Positions 47,477 to 57,090 of a stretch of 64,000 nucleotides of DNA are shown in pieces. This DNA is from Candidatus Omnitrophota bacterium (GTDB taxonomy: Bacteria; Omnitrophota; Gorgyraeia; Gygaellales; Profunditerraquicolaceae): positions 2,491-66,490 of the forward strand of contig JAOAET010000044.1 of NCBI GenBank assembly GCA_026416665.1, written 5' to 3'. The translations under genes were made by a program, and so were the position numbers. The notes below the pieces were generated by a model. It saw only the letters and a list, made by a program, of their open reading frames with translations. It did not search any database and was not told where the DNA came from. Numbering within the stretch: the first letter of the stretch is position 1; each line of letters opens with the position of its first letter.

Positions 47477-50400
47477 TTATGCAGCAACAGGCTGAGGTAA
47501 TTTTTCCTCTTTTTGTTTTTTACTATCAGAGAACTTAACTGAAACAATTTTAGAGACCCCAGATTCTTGCATAGTAATACCATACATTACATCGGCATTG
47601 GCAATTGTGCGTTTATTATGGGTAATTACAATAAACTGCGAGGTTTTAACAAACTCTTGAAGGAGTCTGCCAAAACGATCGACATTTGCCTCATCCAGTG
47701 CAGCATCAATCTCATCTAGAACACAGAATGGTGCTGGTTTTACTTTAAAGATAGCAAAGATAAGTGCAATAGCTGCCAAAGACTTCTCCCCACCGGAAAG
47801 TAACATAACATTTTGTAATTTCTTTCCCGGTGGTCTGCAGATAATCTCAATACCACTATCAAGTGGTTGGTTTTCGTCAATAAGATATATCTGGGCATCC
47901 CCGCCACCAAAAAGTAATTTAAAATAGTTACGGAATTCTTGGCGAACCCGTTCAAAGGTCTCCAGAAACATCTTACGACTAGTAGAGTTCATTTTACGAA
48001 TTGCCTCTTGTAGAGAATCCTTTGCTTTGATTAAATCCTGTTGTTGTTGATTTAAAAAGTCATACCGTTTTTTAAGTTCGTCATATTCCTCAATAGCTAT
48101 CAGATTCACGTTACCATAGGAGGCAACCTTTTCTTTTAATGCGGAAATTTCACAGAGTAGATTATTCTCATCAATTGTCTCTATATTTAATTCGTTAGAT
48201 AGAAACGGTAAAGCTAGATACTTAGGCTTTGGCATAATTAGCTCAATTAATAATATTTCGTTAGATAAAGTGTATAAGTTATTGTTTATGTGTTTATCTA
48301 ACTGCTGTGTATCTTTATTGCTCTCATATGAACTAGTAATTTTGAACAAATTTTTATTGGATTCATCCTGTACGAAACCATTTCTCTGTTCTTGCAGAAC
48401 TAAGGAATAGTTCAGTTCATCTAGATTAAGTTTATAGCAATTATATAACCTATCCCTCATCGTTTGATATTGATAATCAATGTCTTTTTCTTTCATTTGC
48501 AGCTGATATATCCGGTCGTTCATTTCTTCTACTTGGCGTCGCCGGTGTTCTATACTATTTACAATATCCTGAATGCTAGCAGAGAGTAAAGAATATTTTT
48601 CTTGATTTTCTTTTAACTGTTGATTTTTCTGGGTAATCTGTATTTCTATTCTTTTTATATTTTCTTCTAACTCGGTAATTTGCCTAAGTAAACCTTGCTG
48701 GCGATATTCTGTCTCTCGACTTTTGTTCTCTAAATTAGTAATATTTGCTTTAGTAATAGAGACAGCATCTTCTGCCATACGAACATTTGCCTCTTCATTC
48801 TGCAGACGCATACGATAATTTTCCAGCTCAGTTTTTATCTGGGCAATCTCTACAAGTGTATTTTCTCTTTTTTGAGTATTAATACCAATGATTTCTTGTC
48901 TGCGGTTAATCTCCTGCTCCAAAAATTTATTTTCCTGTTGTATTTCTTCTAAACGCCTCTGGACTAGTTTTATTCTATCAGTAAAATCTTTTATTTCTTT
49001 ATGCACATCCTCTAACTCCCAGGCTAATAGTTCTTCTTCTTTCTTGACCTTCTCAAATTGCTCAATAATAGTTTGGGCAATTGTCCGTTTATTGGCCACC
49101 ATTAGGTCTTGTTCTTGCCGTTTTTGTTTTATAATTTCTATTACCTCTTGAAGCTCTTTTATTGCCTGTTTTAAGAAATCTTTTTCCTTGTGCCTTTGTT
49201 CTAACTCTACATAGACTTTTTGTAAGCGCTGAGAAACCACATGTGCATCTAGGTCTATAGGTTTTGCCTCACCTTTCACCTGATAACCAATTGCTTCTTG
49301 GTGGACAATTTGGTTAATTTCTTCAGAATTAATCTTTACTACCAAACCATTTATTTTATCTTGAGGCAGTCTATCTAGAATTATTAAAGCATTTAAGGAC
49401 TCGTGGATATCTTCGTATTGATGTTTTAATTTCTCAAGGAATTCTTTTTGTGACTCTAAAGACAAACGTTGTCTTTCCAATTCTTCTATTTTCTGCGCTA
49501 TTTCGGTTAAAATGATCTGCTTATTATTCTGCTGTGTAGTTAAGGCAATTATTTGTGCATCTAAATCTTGGAGCAATATCTCTAACTGAGTAATTTCCTG
49601 ATTTGCTTGGGCTAAATTCTTTTCTATCTGCAGTCGCTCTTCGGCAATCTTTGTTTTCTCTATCTCTAGACGTTTCTGACGAGCAAGCAAAATATTGTTT
49701 TTTGAAGACAGCTCTAATAATTCGTTTTTTACTGTTGCCTCTTGGGCTGCTAAATCAATAATTTGCTGTTTTGCCTTGCTAATGGTTTCGGTTGCCTGGC
49801 GAATTTCAAATATTAAATTATCTAATTCTTGTTGTTTGGTTTTAAGCTTCTCGGTTTTTTCTATCAAAGCAGTTTTTACTTGATCAAGACGTTCTCTAAA
49901 CTCTATTAGGGTTGCCTCTTCTTGAACAAGACGAGCACTGGATTCCTGAACTTGCGCACTTAGGTATGCCTTGGTATTCTCTAACTCGCGTATACGTTCC
50001 TGGTTAAAACTGATATGTTGTTGGCTTTGTCTTAAGTCATTATCCTCCTCTATTAACTGCTTGTTTAGCGCATCTATATTTATTTCAAGCTGTTTTATCT
50101 GCTCTTTTCGCTGGGCAATAGCGTCTTCTTCTTGCTGAATTGTCTGCTGTAATCTTTCTTTATTAAACCTTAAATTTTCTAGTTCTAGAATTATTTTTTC
50201 CTTCTGTGCTACCAGCCGTTTTTTCTGAATAAAAGCAAGCAAAACCTCCTTTGCCCTTAATTGGCCAAAAACCTGCTGATACCTTCTTGCCTTGTTTGCC
50301 TGCCGCTCAAGATACCCAATAGAACGTTTGACCTCGCCAATAATATCATTTATACGTAATAGATTCTGTTCTGTTTCTTCCAAACGACGTAATGCCTCTT

Positions 50401-50923
50401 TTTTTTGAGCTTTATACTTGGTTATACCTGATGCCTCATCAAAAACTTCTCTTCTTTCTTCAGGCCGGGCAGAAAGAATAAGGTCAACTTTACCCTGTGC
50501 AATAATAGAATAGCTTTCTGCGCCAATACCTGTACCTAAAAGAAGGTCTTGTATGTCTTTGAGCCGACATTGTGCTTTATTAAGAAGATACTCGCTTTCT
50601 CCTGAGCGGAAAATCCTTCGCGTAATTAACACCTCATCGTGGTCAACAGGAAAAACCCGTTCTTTATTGTCAAAAGTTAAACTCACCTCTGCCATACCCA
50701 AGGGTTGCTGTGAATCTGTACCATTGAAAATAACATCTTCCATATTTGAGCCACGTAAGGACTTAGCTGATTGCTCCCCTAATACCCAACGTATGGCATC
50801 AAAAATATTAGATTTACCACAACCATTAGGTCCTACAATCGCGGTGATACCAGGTTCAAAGTCCAAAACAGTTTTGTTCATAAAGGATTTAAATCCAATA
50901 AGCTCAAGCCGTTTAAAGTACAT
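47477..50923 (-). CDS. smc: Chromosome segregation protein SMC with an atypical, reduced hinge
   Basis: GFKSF, GPNGCGKSN, LSGGEK, LDEIDAALD, ITH; long coiled coils. Confidence 0.95.
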   Translation of the reverse strand: MYFKRLELIGFKSFMNKTVLDFEPGITAIVGPNGCGKSNIFDAIRWVLGEQSAKSLRGSNMEDVIFNGTDSQQPLGMAEVSLTFDNKERVFPVDHDEVLITRRIFRSGESEYLLNKAQCRLKDIQDLLLGTGIGAESYSIIAQGKVDLILSARPEERREVFDEASGITKYKAQKKEALRRLEETEQNLLRINDIIGEVKRSIGYLERQANKARRYQQVFGQLRAKEVLLAFIQKKRLVAQKEKIILELENLRFNKERLQQTIQQEEDAIAQRKEQIKQLEINIDALNKQLIEEDNDLRQSQQHISFNQERIRELENTKAYLSAQVQESSARLVQEEATLIEFRERLDQVKTALIEKTEKLKTKQQELDNLIFEIRQATETISKAKQQIIDLAAQEATVKNELLELSSKNNILLARQKRLEIEKTKIAEERLQIEKNLAQANQEITQLEILLQDLDAQIIALTTQQNNKQIILTEIAQKIEELERQRLSLESQKEFLEKLKHQYEDIHESLNALIILDRLPQDKINGLVVKINSEEINQIVHQEAIGYQVKGEAKPIDLDAHVVSQRLQKVYVELEQRHKEKDFLKQAIKELQEVIEIIKQKRQEQDLMVANKRTIAQTIIEQFEKVKKEEELLAWELEDVHKEIKDFTDRIKLVQRRLEEIQQENKFLEQEINRRQEIIGINTQKRENTLVEIAQIKTELENYRMRLQNEEANVRMAEDAVSITKANITNLENKSRETEYRQQGLLRQITELEENIKRIEIQITQKNQQLKENQEKYSLLSASIQDIVNSIEHRRRQVEEMNDRIYQLQMKEKDIDYQYQTMRDRLYNCYKLNLDELNYSLVLQEQRNGFVQDESNKNLFKITSSYESNKDTQQLDKHINNNLYTLSNEILLIELIMPKPKYLALPFLSNELNIETIDENNLLCEISALKEKVASYGNVNLIAIEEYDELKKRYDFLNQQQQDLIKAKDSLQEAIRKMNSTSRKMFLETFERVRQEFRNYFKLLFGGGDAQIYLIDENQPLDSGIEIICRPPGKKLQNVMLLSGGEKSLAAIALIFAIFKVKPAPFCVLDEIDAALDEANVDRFGRLLQEFVKTSQFIVITHNKRTIANADVMYGITMQESGVSKIVSVKFSDSKKQKEEKLPQPVAA

Positions 50924-51020
50924 CCTACCCCCTATCTTTAGAGAACCTGTAAATTAAATAACCTTAATATAACTTGGTGATTTTGTAATTTTACCATTTT
51001 AAAAAACTAAATACAAAAAA

Positions 51021-51197
51021 TCAGGCATGTGTCTGTTTCTCTATCCATTCATCGATCTTTTCTTTCTTGAATCTCCATTGACCAACCACTTTAAGCGCAG
51101 GAATTTTATTGTGTTTAAGCCACTCATAAATAGTCCTACGACTTACTTTTAAGTAATTGGCTAAATCCTCTATAGTCATCAATTCGTTCACAAACAT
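51021..51197 (-). CDS. Small excisionase/BldC-like helix-turn-helix protein (start revised because the promoter overlaps the longer ORF start)
   Basis: LMTIEDLANYLKVSRRTIYEW...IPALKVVGQWRFKKEKIDEW. Confidence 0.88.
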   Translation of the reverse strand: MFVNELMTIEDLANYLKVSRRTIYEWLKHNKIPALKVVGQWRFKKEKIDEWIEKQTHA

Positions 51198-51229
51198 AGT
51201 AAAAAGATAATTTTTCTGATGATGGCTCA

Positions 51230-51258
51230 ATTATAAATATCTTTTTTTTCGCTGTCAA
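51230..51258 (-). promoter_or_regulatory. Consensus sigma70 promoter of the HTH gene
   Basis: TTGACA-N17-TATAAT. Confidence 0.8.
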
Positions 51259-51428
51259 GGAATTTTTTAACATTAATATTCATTAATTTTCTATTTAAAT
51301 CAATTTTGATTATAAATTACCAATAAAATTCATTTTTTTATTTTTTAAATCATTGAGTATAAAATTTATGCTAAATTATGCAAAATTATACATACCCCAG
51401 GTAAGATTTGCCTGAATTTTTTAACTGA

Positions 51429-51674
51429 CTATTTTAGTGATTCTACTTCTTGAAGTTGTTGGTAGGTTTTAGAGGTTAGTTTTTGAATATCCTCTTTTGC
51501 TTTTTCAACAATGGAAGTACTAGGCTGGACATTATTTGCTACTGAATTTGTGTTTCTGTGGGTTCCAAAAAAGGTATTAACTAAATAATAGAATGCCAAA
51601 AGTAATAAACTTAATCCCAAAAGTAGCCCTATGAGATTGATAAATCCCCTCTTACTGTTCAGATAACTTACCAT
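51429..51674 (-). CDS. Small membrane-anchored protein with a prepilin-like N-terminus
   Basis: SKRG|FINLIGLLLGLSLLLLAFYYLV followed by a short helical tail. Confidence 0.6.
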   Translation of the reverse strand: MVSYLNSKRGFINLIGLLLGLSLLLLAFYYLVNTFFGTHRNTNSVANNVQPSTSIVEKAKEDIQKLTSKTYQQLQEVESLK

Positions 51675-51736
51675 TTTGGCTTAACAAACTTTTAATTTTA
51701 TAATTAAAGAAAAAGCAGGGATAAAGAAAAGAATAA

Positions 51737-52939
51737 TTATTTCTTAAGTACCTGGCGAAATTTTTTAGTTAGTAAAGGAACAATCTCAAATAAGTCACCC
51801 ACTATACCGTAAGTAGCCACTTTAAAAATAGGTGCGTCGGGATCCTTATTTATTGCTACAATTATTTTTGAAGACTGCATTCCTACTAAGTGTTGAATTT
51901 GCCCTGAAATACCACAGGCAATATAGATTTTAGGGGCAACGGTTCTACCCGTTTGACCTACTTGATGAGAATAAGAAATCCAACCCGCATCTACCGCAGC
52001 ACGTGAAGCGCCCACCGCCCCACCTAAAACTTCTGCTAACTCATGTAAGAGCTTAAAGTTCTCTGGTTTCTGTAAACCCCTTCCTCCTGATACAATTATA
52101 TCTGCTTCTGCAAGATTAACTAAATTCTCTACCTCTTCTACTACGTCTAACAAGGTAGTTTGTGAAGAAAGGTCCTCTAAAGGAAAATTTTCCTTAATTA
52201 TCTTACCTTTTCTTCTTTTGTCCAGTTCAGGCTGAGGAAATACTTTATGCCGAACAGTAGCCATTTGTGGCCGATAATTTGGAGAAATAATTGTGGCCAT
52301 GATATTACCACCAAAGGCAGGACGTGTCTGTAAAAGAATCTTTTTTTCAGGATCAATATCTAAACCTGTACAATCAGCAGTTAAACCACAATCCACTTTA
52401 ACTGCTACCCGTGAAACTAAAGATCTGCCAATAAAAGTAGCACCTGCCAGAACAATCTCAGGTTTATATTTATGAATTAATTTTATCAGCACATTTGCAT
52501 ATGGCTGGTCAAGAAAATTAGCTAATTGTGGTGCCTCTACCAAATAAACTGTATCTGCACCTGTACAAATAAGCGACTGTGCCTCTATTTCTACATTATG
52601 TCCAATAAGTACTGCTCCTACATAAGTGTTTAGTTTCTCTGCTAACTGGCGTGCCTTGCCCAATAATTCATAAACTACTGGCTGAACTTTGCCCTTTTTT
52701 TGTTCAGCAAAGACCCAAACCCCCTTATATTGACTGAAGTCTTTGGCTTGGGGCTGTTGAAGCGGTCTTTCTAAAAGAATAGCTTTAAATTTACAAACTG
52801 GAACACAAGCACCACAGAGATTGCATTTGCCCAAATCAATTACTGCCTTTTTATTAATAATGGAGATGGCTCCAAAAGGACATGCCTTCACACACAAAGT
52901 GCAACCTGTGCATTTTTCATTAATAATTTGTATAGACAT
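51737..52939 (-). CDS. etfA: Electron transfer flavoprotein alpha subunit with an N-terminal 2x[4Fe-4S] ferredoxin domain
   Basis: CTGCTLCVKACP and CNLCGACVPVC; GLTADC, RPAFGG, QVGQTG, GISGQIQH. Confidence 0.95.
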   Translation of the reverse strand: MSIQIINEKCTGCTLCVKACPFGAISIINKKAVIDLGKCNLCGACVPVCKFKAILLERPLQQPQAKDFSQYKGVWVFAEQKKGKVQPVVYELLGKARQLAEKLNTYVGAVLIGHNVEIEAQSLICTGADTVYLVEAPQLANFLDQPYANVLIKLIHKYKPEIVLAGATFIGRSLVSRVAVKVDCGLTADCTGLDIDPEKKILLQTRPAFGGNIMATIISPNYRPQMATVRHKVFPQPELDKRRKGKIIKENFPLEDLSSQTTLLDVVEEVENLVNLAEADIIVSGGRGLQKPENFKLLHELAEVLGGAVGASRAAVDAGWISYSHQVGQTGRTVAPKIYIACGISGQIQHLVGMQSSKIIVAINKDPDAPIFKVATYGIVGDLFEIVPLLTKKFRQVLKK

Positions 52940-52957
52940 AAAATTTTCCTTACCTAG

Positions 52958-53752
52958 TTAGACAATATCCGATTTAAGCAACTCTACCAATTTATCAACT
53001 ACCTCTGCTGGCTCACCGACAAGTTTCTGTCCTCCACTTCGCTGAGGTGGATGAAATATCTTTACTACAGTTGTGCGTGAACCTGCTAATCCTACCTGTT
53101 GTGCGTCAACACCAATATCTTTAGCTGTCCAGGTAATTATCTTTGCGCTTTTTGCACGCATCATTCCTTTTAAAGAAGGAAGGCGCGGTTCGTTGATTTC
53201 TTTTACTACAGTAAAAAGACAAGGAAGCGGGGTCTCTAAAATATCAAAACCCTCCTCGGTCATTCTCTCCACACGTGCCTTTTGGTTTTTTATCTCTTCA
53301 ATCTTTTTAACATAAGTTACCTGAGGCAGGTCTAAAAAAGCAGCAATCCCAGGTCCGACCTGAGCAGTGTCACCATCAGAAGCCTGCTTTCCGCAAAGAA
53401 TGATATCAAAAGAACCTTTTTCTTTAGCAATCTTCTGGATAGCATGAGACAGAGTATTTGCAGTGGCCCAGGTATCTCCACCAGCAAATGCCTTATCCGA
53501 AATAAGAATTGCTTCATCCGCACCCATAGAAATTGCTTCACGTAATGCTGACTCTGCTTGGGGCGGACCCATAGTAATTACTGTAACTGTTCCGCCAAAA
53601 CGCTCTTTTAAACGAACTGCCTCCTCAATGGCATACATATCAAAGGGATTGATAATAGATTTTACACCATCACGAATTAAGGTATTTGTTTCCGGATTAA
53701 TCCGCACATCCGTTGTTTCAGGAACCTGTTTTATACAAACTATAATATTCAT
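52958..53752 (-). CDS. etfB: Electron transfer flavoprotein beta subunit
   Basis: VCIKQVP, INPFD..AIEEA, GKQASDGDTAQVG, INEPR. Confidence 0.95.
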   Translation of the reverse strand: MNIIVCIKQVPETTDVRINPETNTLIRDGVKSIINPFDMYAIEEAVRLKERFGGTVTVITMGPPQAESALREAISMGADEAILISDKAFAGGDTWATANTLSHAIQKIAKEKGSFDIILCGKQASDGDTAQVGPGIAAFLDLPQVTYVKKIEEIKNQKARVERMTEEGFDILETPLPCLFTVVKEINEPRLPSLKGMMRAKSAKIITWTAKDIGVDAQQVGLAGSRTTVVKIFHPPQRSGGQKLVGEPAEVVDKLVELLKSDIV

Positions 53753-53755
53753 TTT

Positions 53756-54112
53756 TTACTGTTGTTTATAAAAAAGATATTTTTGTATACGTTGAAAGGT
53801 CTCGTCGTTTATACCAATAAACTCTAATCCCAATTCATAGCGTTTAATCTCTGAACCTGAAATACTCTCCAGTGGTTTTATCCAAACCACTTTGCCAATA
53901 GCAGTTATTTCTTCGTCTACATCAGGTAAATGAAGCTTAAGATTAAGTAACTCTCCTAATGAATATGGCTCAGTTGAGATAATACAAACTCCACCCTGGC
54001 TAATATTCTTTGTGTTAAGAATTTTCTCAGGTGCACCTTCTTGACGTTTGCTTACTTTAGCCTCAACCAAGATGTTAAACCGCGCAAAACGCCTTCTCTC
54101 TTGCTCAGACAT
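53756..54112 (-). CDS. Stand-alone PilZ domain protein
   Basis: RxxxR (ERRRFAR), NISQGG, GKVVW, GLEF. Confidence 0.9.
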   Translation of the reverse strand: MSEQERRRFARFNILVEAKVSKRQEGAPEKILNTKNISQGGVCIISTEPYSLGELLNLKLHLPDVDEEITAIGKVVWIKPLESISGSEIKRYELGLEFIGINDETFQRIQKYLFYKQQ

Positions 54113-54125
54113 AACTGCCGCCTTT

Positions 54126-55283
54126 CTATTTTACTAACTCCTTAATCATACTAAGACCAATAATGTTTCTCTGTATCTGATTGGTCCCTTCATAAATCTG
54201 TGTAATTTTGGCATCACGTAGGTATTTTTCAATAGGATAATCTTTCATATAACCATATCCACCGTGAATTTGTAAGGCATTATCACAGACACGAAAGGCT
54301 ACATCTGAAGCAAAAAGCTTAGCCATTGCAGAGGCACTACCTATGTCTTTTTCTCCAGCATCAATAGCACGGGCAACTGCATAAACAAGTGCCCTGGCTG
54401 CTTCTATCTCAGTGGCCATATCCGCCAACATCCACTGTATTCCTTGGAAACTTGAAATAGGTTTCCCAAATTGCTGGCGTTGCCGAGCATACCTTATAGC
54501 CAATTCCAAAGCCCCTTGAGCAATACCCAATGCCTGTGCAGCTACACCAGGCCGCGACATATCAAAAGTCTTCATTGTGATAATAAAACCCATTCCTTCC
54601 TTTCCAAGTAAGTTTTCTGCAGGAACTTTGCAGTTATCAAAAATAAGCTCCATCGTAGTAGATGCTCGGATACCCAGCTTATCTTCTTTCTTACCAAAAC
54701 TAAATCCCTTCATTCCTTTTTCTACAATAAAAGCTGAAGCACCTCGTGCACCTTTGGACTTATCCGTCATTGCAATAATAGTATAAATTTCTGCCTCTCC
54801 ACCATTGGTAATAAAATGCTTTGTTCCGTTTAAGACATAATAGTTTCCTTCTTTACGCGCAGTAGTCTTTATAGCACTTGCATCTGAACCTGCCTCTGGT
54901 TCAGTTAAACCGAAAGCAGCAACTTTTTTCCCCTTAGCTAAATCGGGTAGATATTTTTTCTTTTGCGCATCATTGCCATAAAGAATAATCGGAAATGTTC
55001 CTAGAGCAGAGGCAGCATAACAAACTGCAATACCGCCACATGCTCGAGAAAGCTCCTCAGTAGCAAGACACAGATTCATTACACTGGTCCCTAAACCACC
55101 GTATTCTTCCGGGATAAAAAGTCCAAATAAATCTGCCTCAGCAAGCACTTTTATAATCTCCCAAGGGTATTCCTCTGTCTTATCATAATGAGCTGCCACT
55201 GGACGAATTTTTTCTTCAGCTATTTTGTGAGCTAATTCCTTTATCATCTTCTGTTCTTCAGTCAACAAATAATTCATACACAC
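54126..55283 (-). CDS. Acyl-CoA (butyryl-CoA-like) dehydrogenase (likely start 55277)
   Basis: FGLTEPEAGSD, NGTKHFITN, KLGIRAS, R.QFGKPI..FQ, QIHGGYG, IYEGTNQIQR. Confidence 0.93.
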   Translation of the reverse strand: MCMNYLLTEEQKMIKELAHKIAEEKIRPVAAHYDKTEEYPWEIIKVLAEADLFGLFIPEEYGGLGTSVMNLCLATEELSRACGGIAVCYAASALGTFPIILYGNDAQKKKYLPDLAKGKKVAAFGLTEPEAGSDASAIKTTARKEGNYYVLNGTKHFITNGGEAEIYTIIAMTDKSKGARGASAFIVEKGMKGFSFGKKEDKLGIRASTTMELIFDNCKVPAENLLGKEGMGFIITMKTFDMSRPGVAAQALGIAQGALELAIRYARQRQQFGKPISSFQGIQWMLADMATEIEAARALVYAVARAIDAGEKDIGSASAMAKLFASDVAFRVCDNALQIHGGYGYMKDYPIEKYLRDAKITQIYEGTNQIQRNIIGLSMIKELVK

Positions 55284-55385
55284 TCCTTGTTTTTTAAAAG
55301 TAAGTTAAGTAAGTCTTTTCTTATTTTAAATGTAACGAAAATTTTTTCAGATAAAATAAAAAATGTGAAAGTCTATTATACAGAA

Positions 55386-55862
55386 TTATTTCTGTTTTGC
55401 AATATTTTTTATCAGGGCAATTTCTTTACAATTAGGAAATTTTGGACAGTTAATACAATCAGCCCAAACTTTGTGCGGTAATAAAGAGTGTTTAATTTTA
55501 CGAAACCCAAATCTGATAAAAAAATTCGGCACATAAGTCAACACAAATACCTTTTTTGCTCCTAATTCTTTGGCCTCTTTTAAACACTCTTCAATAAGCT
55601 GACTACCAATTCCCTGGTGTTGATAGCTTTTCTCTACTGCTAGGGATTTTATTTCAATAAGGTCTTGCCAAGCAACATGAACAGCCGCACAACCGATGAT
55701 CTCTTTCTCAGCTAAACAAACCCAGAAATCACGGACATTTTCATATAGTTCGTTTAGAGAACGCGCAATCATTAAACCCTGTTTGGCGTAATTATTAATT
55801 AAATTTTGAATTTTGGGAACATCTGAAATAACAGCTTTACGGATTTTATAATCCTTCTTCAT
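55386..55862 (-). CDS. GNAT acetyltransferase, short ArgA-like N-acetylglutamate synthase
   Basis: EIKSLAV, QHQGIG, VFVLTY..FF..FGF, LPHKVWADC..CPKFP.C.E. Confidence 0.8.
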   Translation of the reverse strand: MKKDYKIRKAVISDVPKIQNLINNYAKQGLMIARSLNELYENVRDFWVCLAEKEIIGCAAVHVAWQDLIEIKSLAVEKSYQHQGIGSQLIEECLKEAKELGAKKVFVLTYVPNFFIRFGFRKIKHSLLPHKVWADCINCPKFPNCKEIALIKNIAKQK

Positions 55863-57090
55863 CTCTTCTTATCTCTGTTTTTTTAGCTACTACTACAATA
55901 CCTGAATCAGTTACCATAAAATGTTTTCGATCCTCATCTAAATCATAACCAATTACTGTTCCAGGAGGGATATTTACATCCTTATCAATAATTGCCCGTC
56001 TAATCTTGGCGTAACGACCTACATTTACTCCTTCCATTAAAATCGATTCGGTCACTTGGGAATAGCTGTTAATGCGCACATTATAAGAAAGAATTGAACG
56101 TTTAACTTGCCCACCTGAAATGATACAGCCGTTAGAGACCAGTGAATCTAAAGCCAAACCAATTCTTCCTGTAATCTCATCTCCGGCAAATACTGTCTTT
56201 GCGGGAGGAAACTGTTCTTGGTAAGTCCGTATCGGCCAATTTTTGTCGTATAAATTAAAGAGTGGATCCACTTGTACAAGGTCCATATTCGCTTCATAAT
56301 AAGCATCTAGTGTTCCGATATCGCGCCAATACATCGCCTCTTTTTTGTTCTCATCTATAAAATTATAAGAAACCACCTGAAAACCTGCCTTTACCATGGC
56401 GGGAATTATATCTTTACCAAAGTCATGAGAGGAACTAGAGTTATTAGCGTCCTGACAAAGTTGCTCAACAAGAACATTACGTTTAAATACATAAATACCC
56501 ATAGAGGCATAAATCTTATCAGGCTTGTTAGGAATGGTTTTAGGCACTTGCGGTTTTTCCAAGAAATCTTTTACCCTGCCTTTTTTATCTACCTCAATGA
56601 CCCCAAATTGTGAACACATTGATTTATCTACTTCCACCACCCCCACGGTCATATCTGCACCTACTTGGCGGTGATAGGAAATCATTGTTGCATAATTCAT
56701 CTTATAAACATGGTCTCCAGCAAGAATAAGCACATCTTCAGGAGGGTCAATTTCAAGGGTGTTTAAATTTTGATAAATTGCATCTGCTGTCCCCAGATAC
56801 CAAGTCTCCCTTACCCGTTGCTGTGCAGGTAATAACTCAATATATTCGTTTAACTCAGAAGAAAGAATATTCCATCCTAAACGTATATGCCTTTGTAAGG
56901 ACGCAGATTTATACTGGGTTAAGACATAGATTTTTCTTAGTCCAGAATTTATACAGTTACTTAGAGTAAAATCAATAATCCGATAAATCCCCCCAAAGGG
57001 AACCGCAGGCTTTGTGCGGTCCTTGGTAAGTGGCCAAAGCCGTTCACCTTTTCCTCCTGCCATTATAAAGGTAATAACATCAGAAACCAT
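55846..57090 (-). CDS. glgC: Glucose-1-phosphate adenylyltransferase
   Basis: AGGKGERLWPLT.DRTKPAVPFGG, GTADA, GDHVYKM, ASMGIY, YWRDIGT. Confidence 0.96.
   Translation of the reverse strand: MVSDVITFIMAGGKGERLWPLTKDRTKPAVPFGGIYRIIDFTLSNCINSGLRKIYVLTQYKSASLQRHIRLGWNILSSELNEYIELLPAQQRVRETWYLGTADAIYQNLNTLEIDPPEDVLILAGDHVYKMNYATMISYHRQVGADMTVGVVEVDKSMCSQFGVIEVDKKGRVKDFLEKPQVPKTIPNKPDKIYASMGIYVFKRNVLVEQLCQDANNSSSSHDFGKDIIPAMVKAGFQVVSYNFIDENKKEAMYWRDIGTLDAYYEANMDLVQVDPLFNLYDKNWPIRTYQEQFPPAKTVFAGDEITGRIGLALDSLVSNGCIISGGQVKRSILSYNVRINSYSQVTESILMEGVNVGRYAKIRRAIIDKDVNIPPGTVIGYDLDEDRKHFMVTDSGIVVVAKKTEIRRDEEGL

Noticed and set aside
51021-51197. Excisionase-like gene as evidence of a prophage or ICE
   Set aside because: No integrase, att-like repeat or phage gene is nearby; it is treated as a stand-alone regulator.
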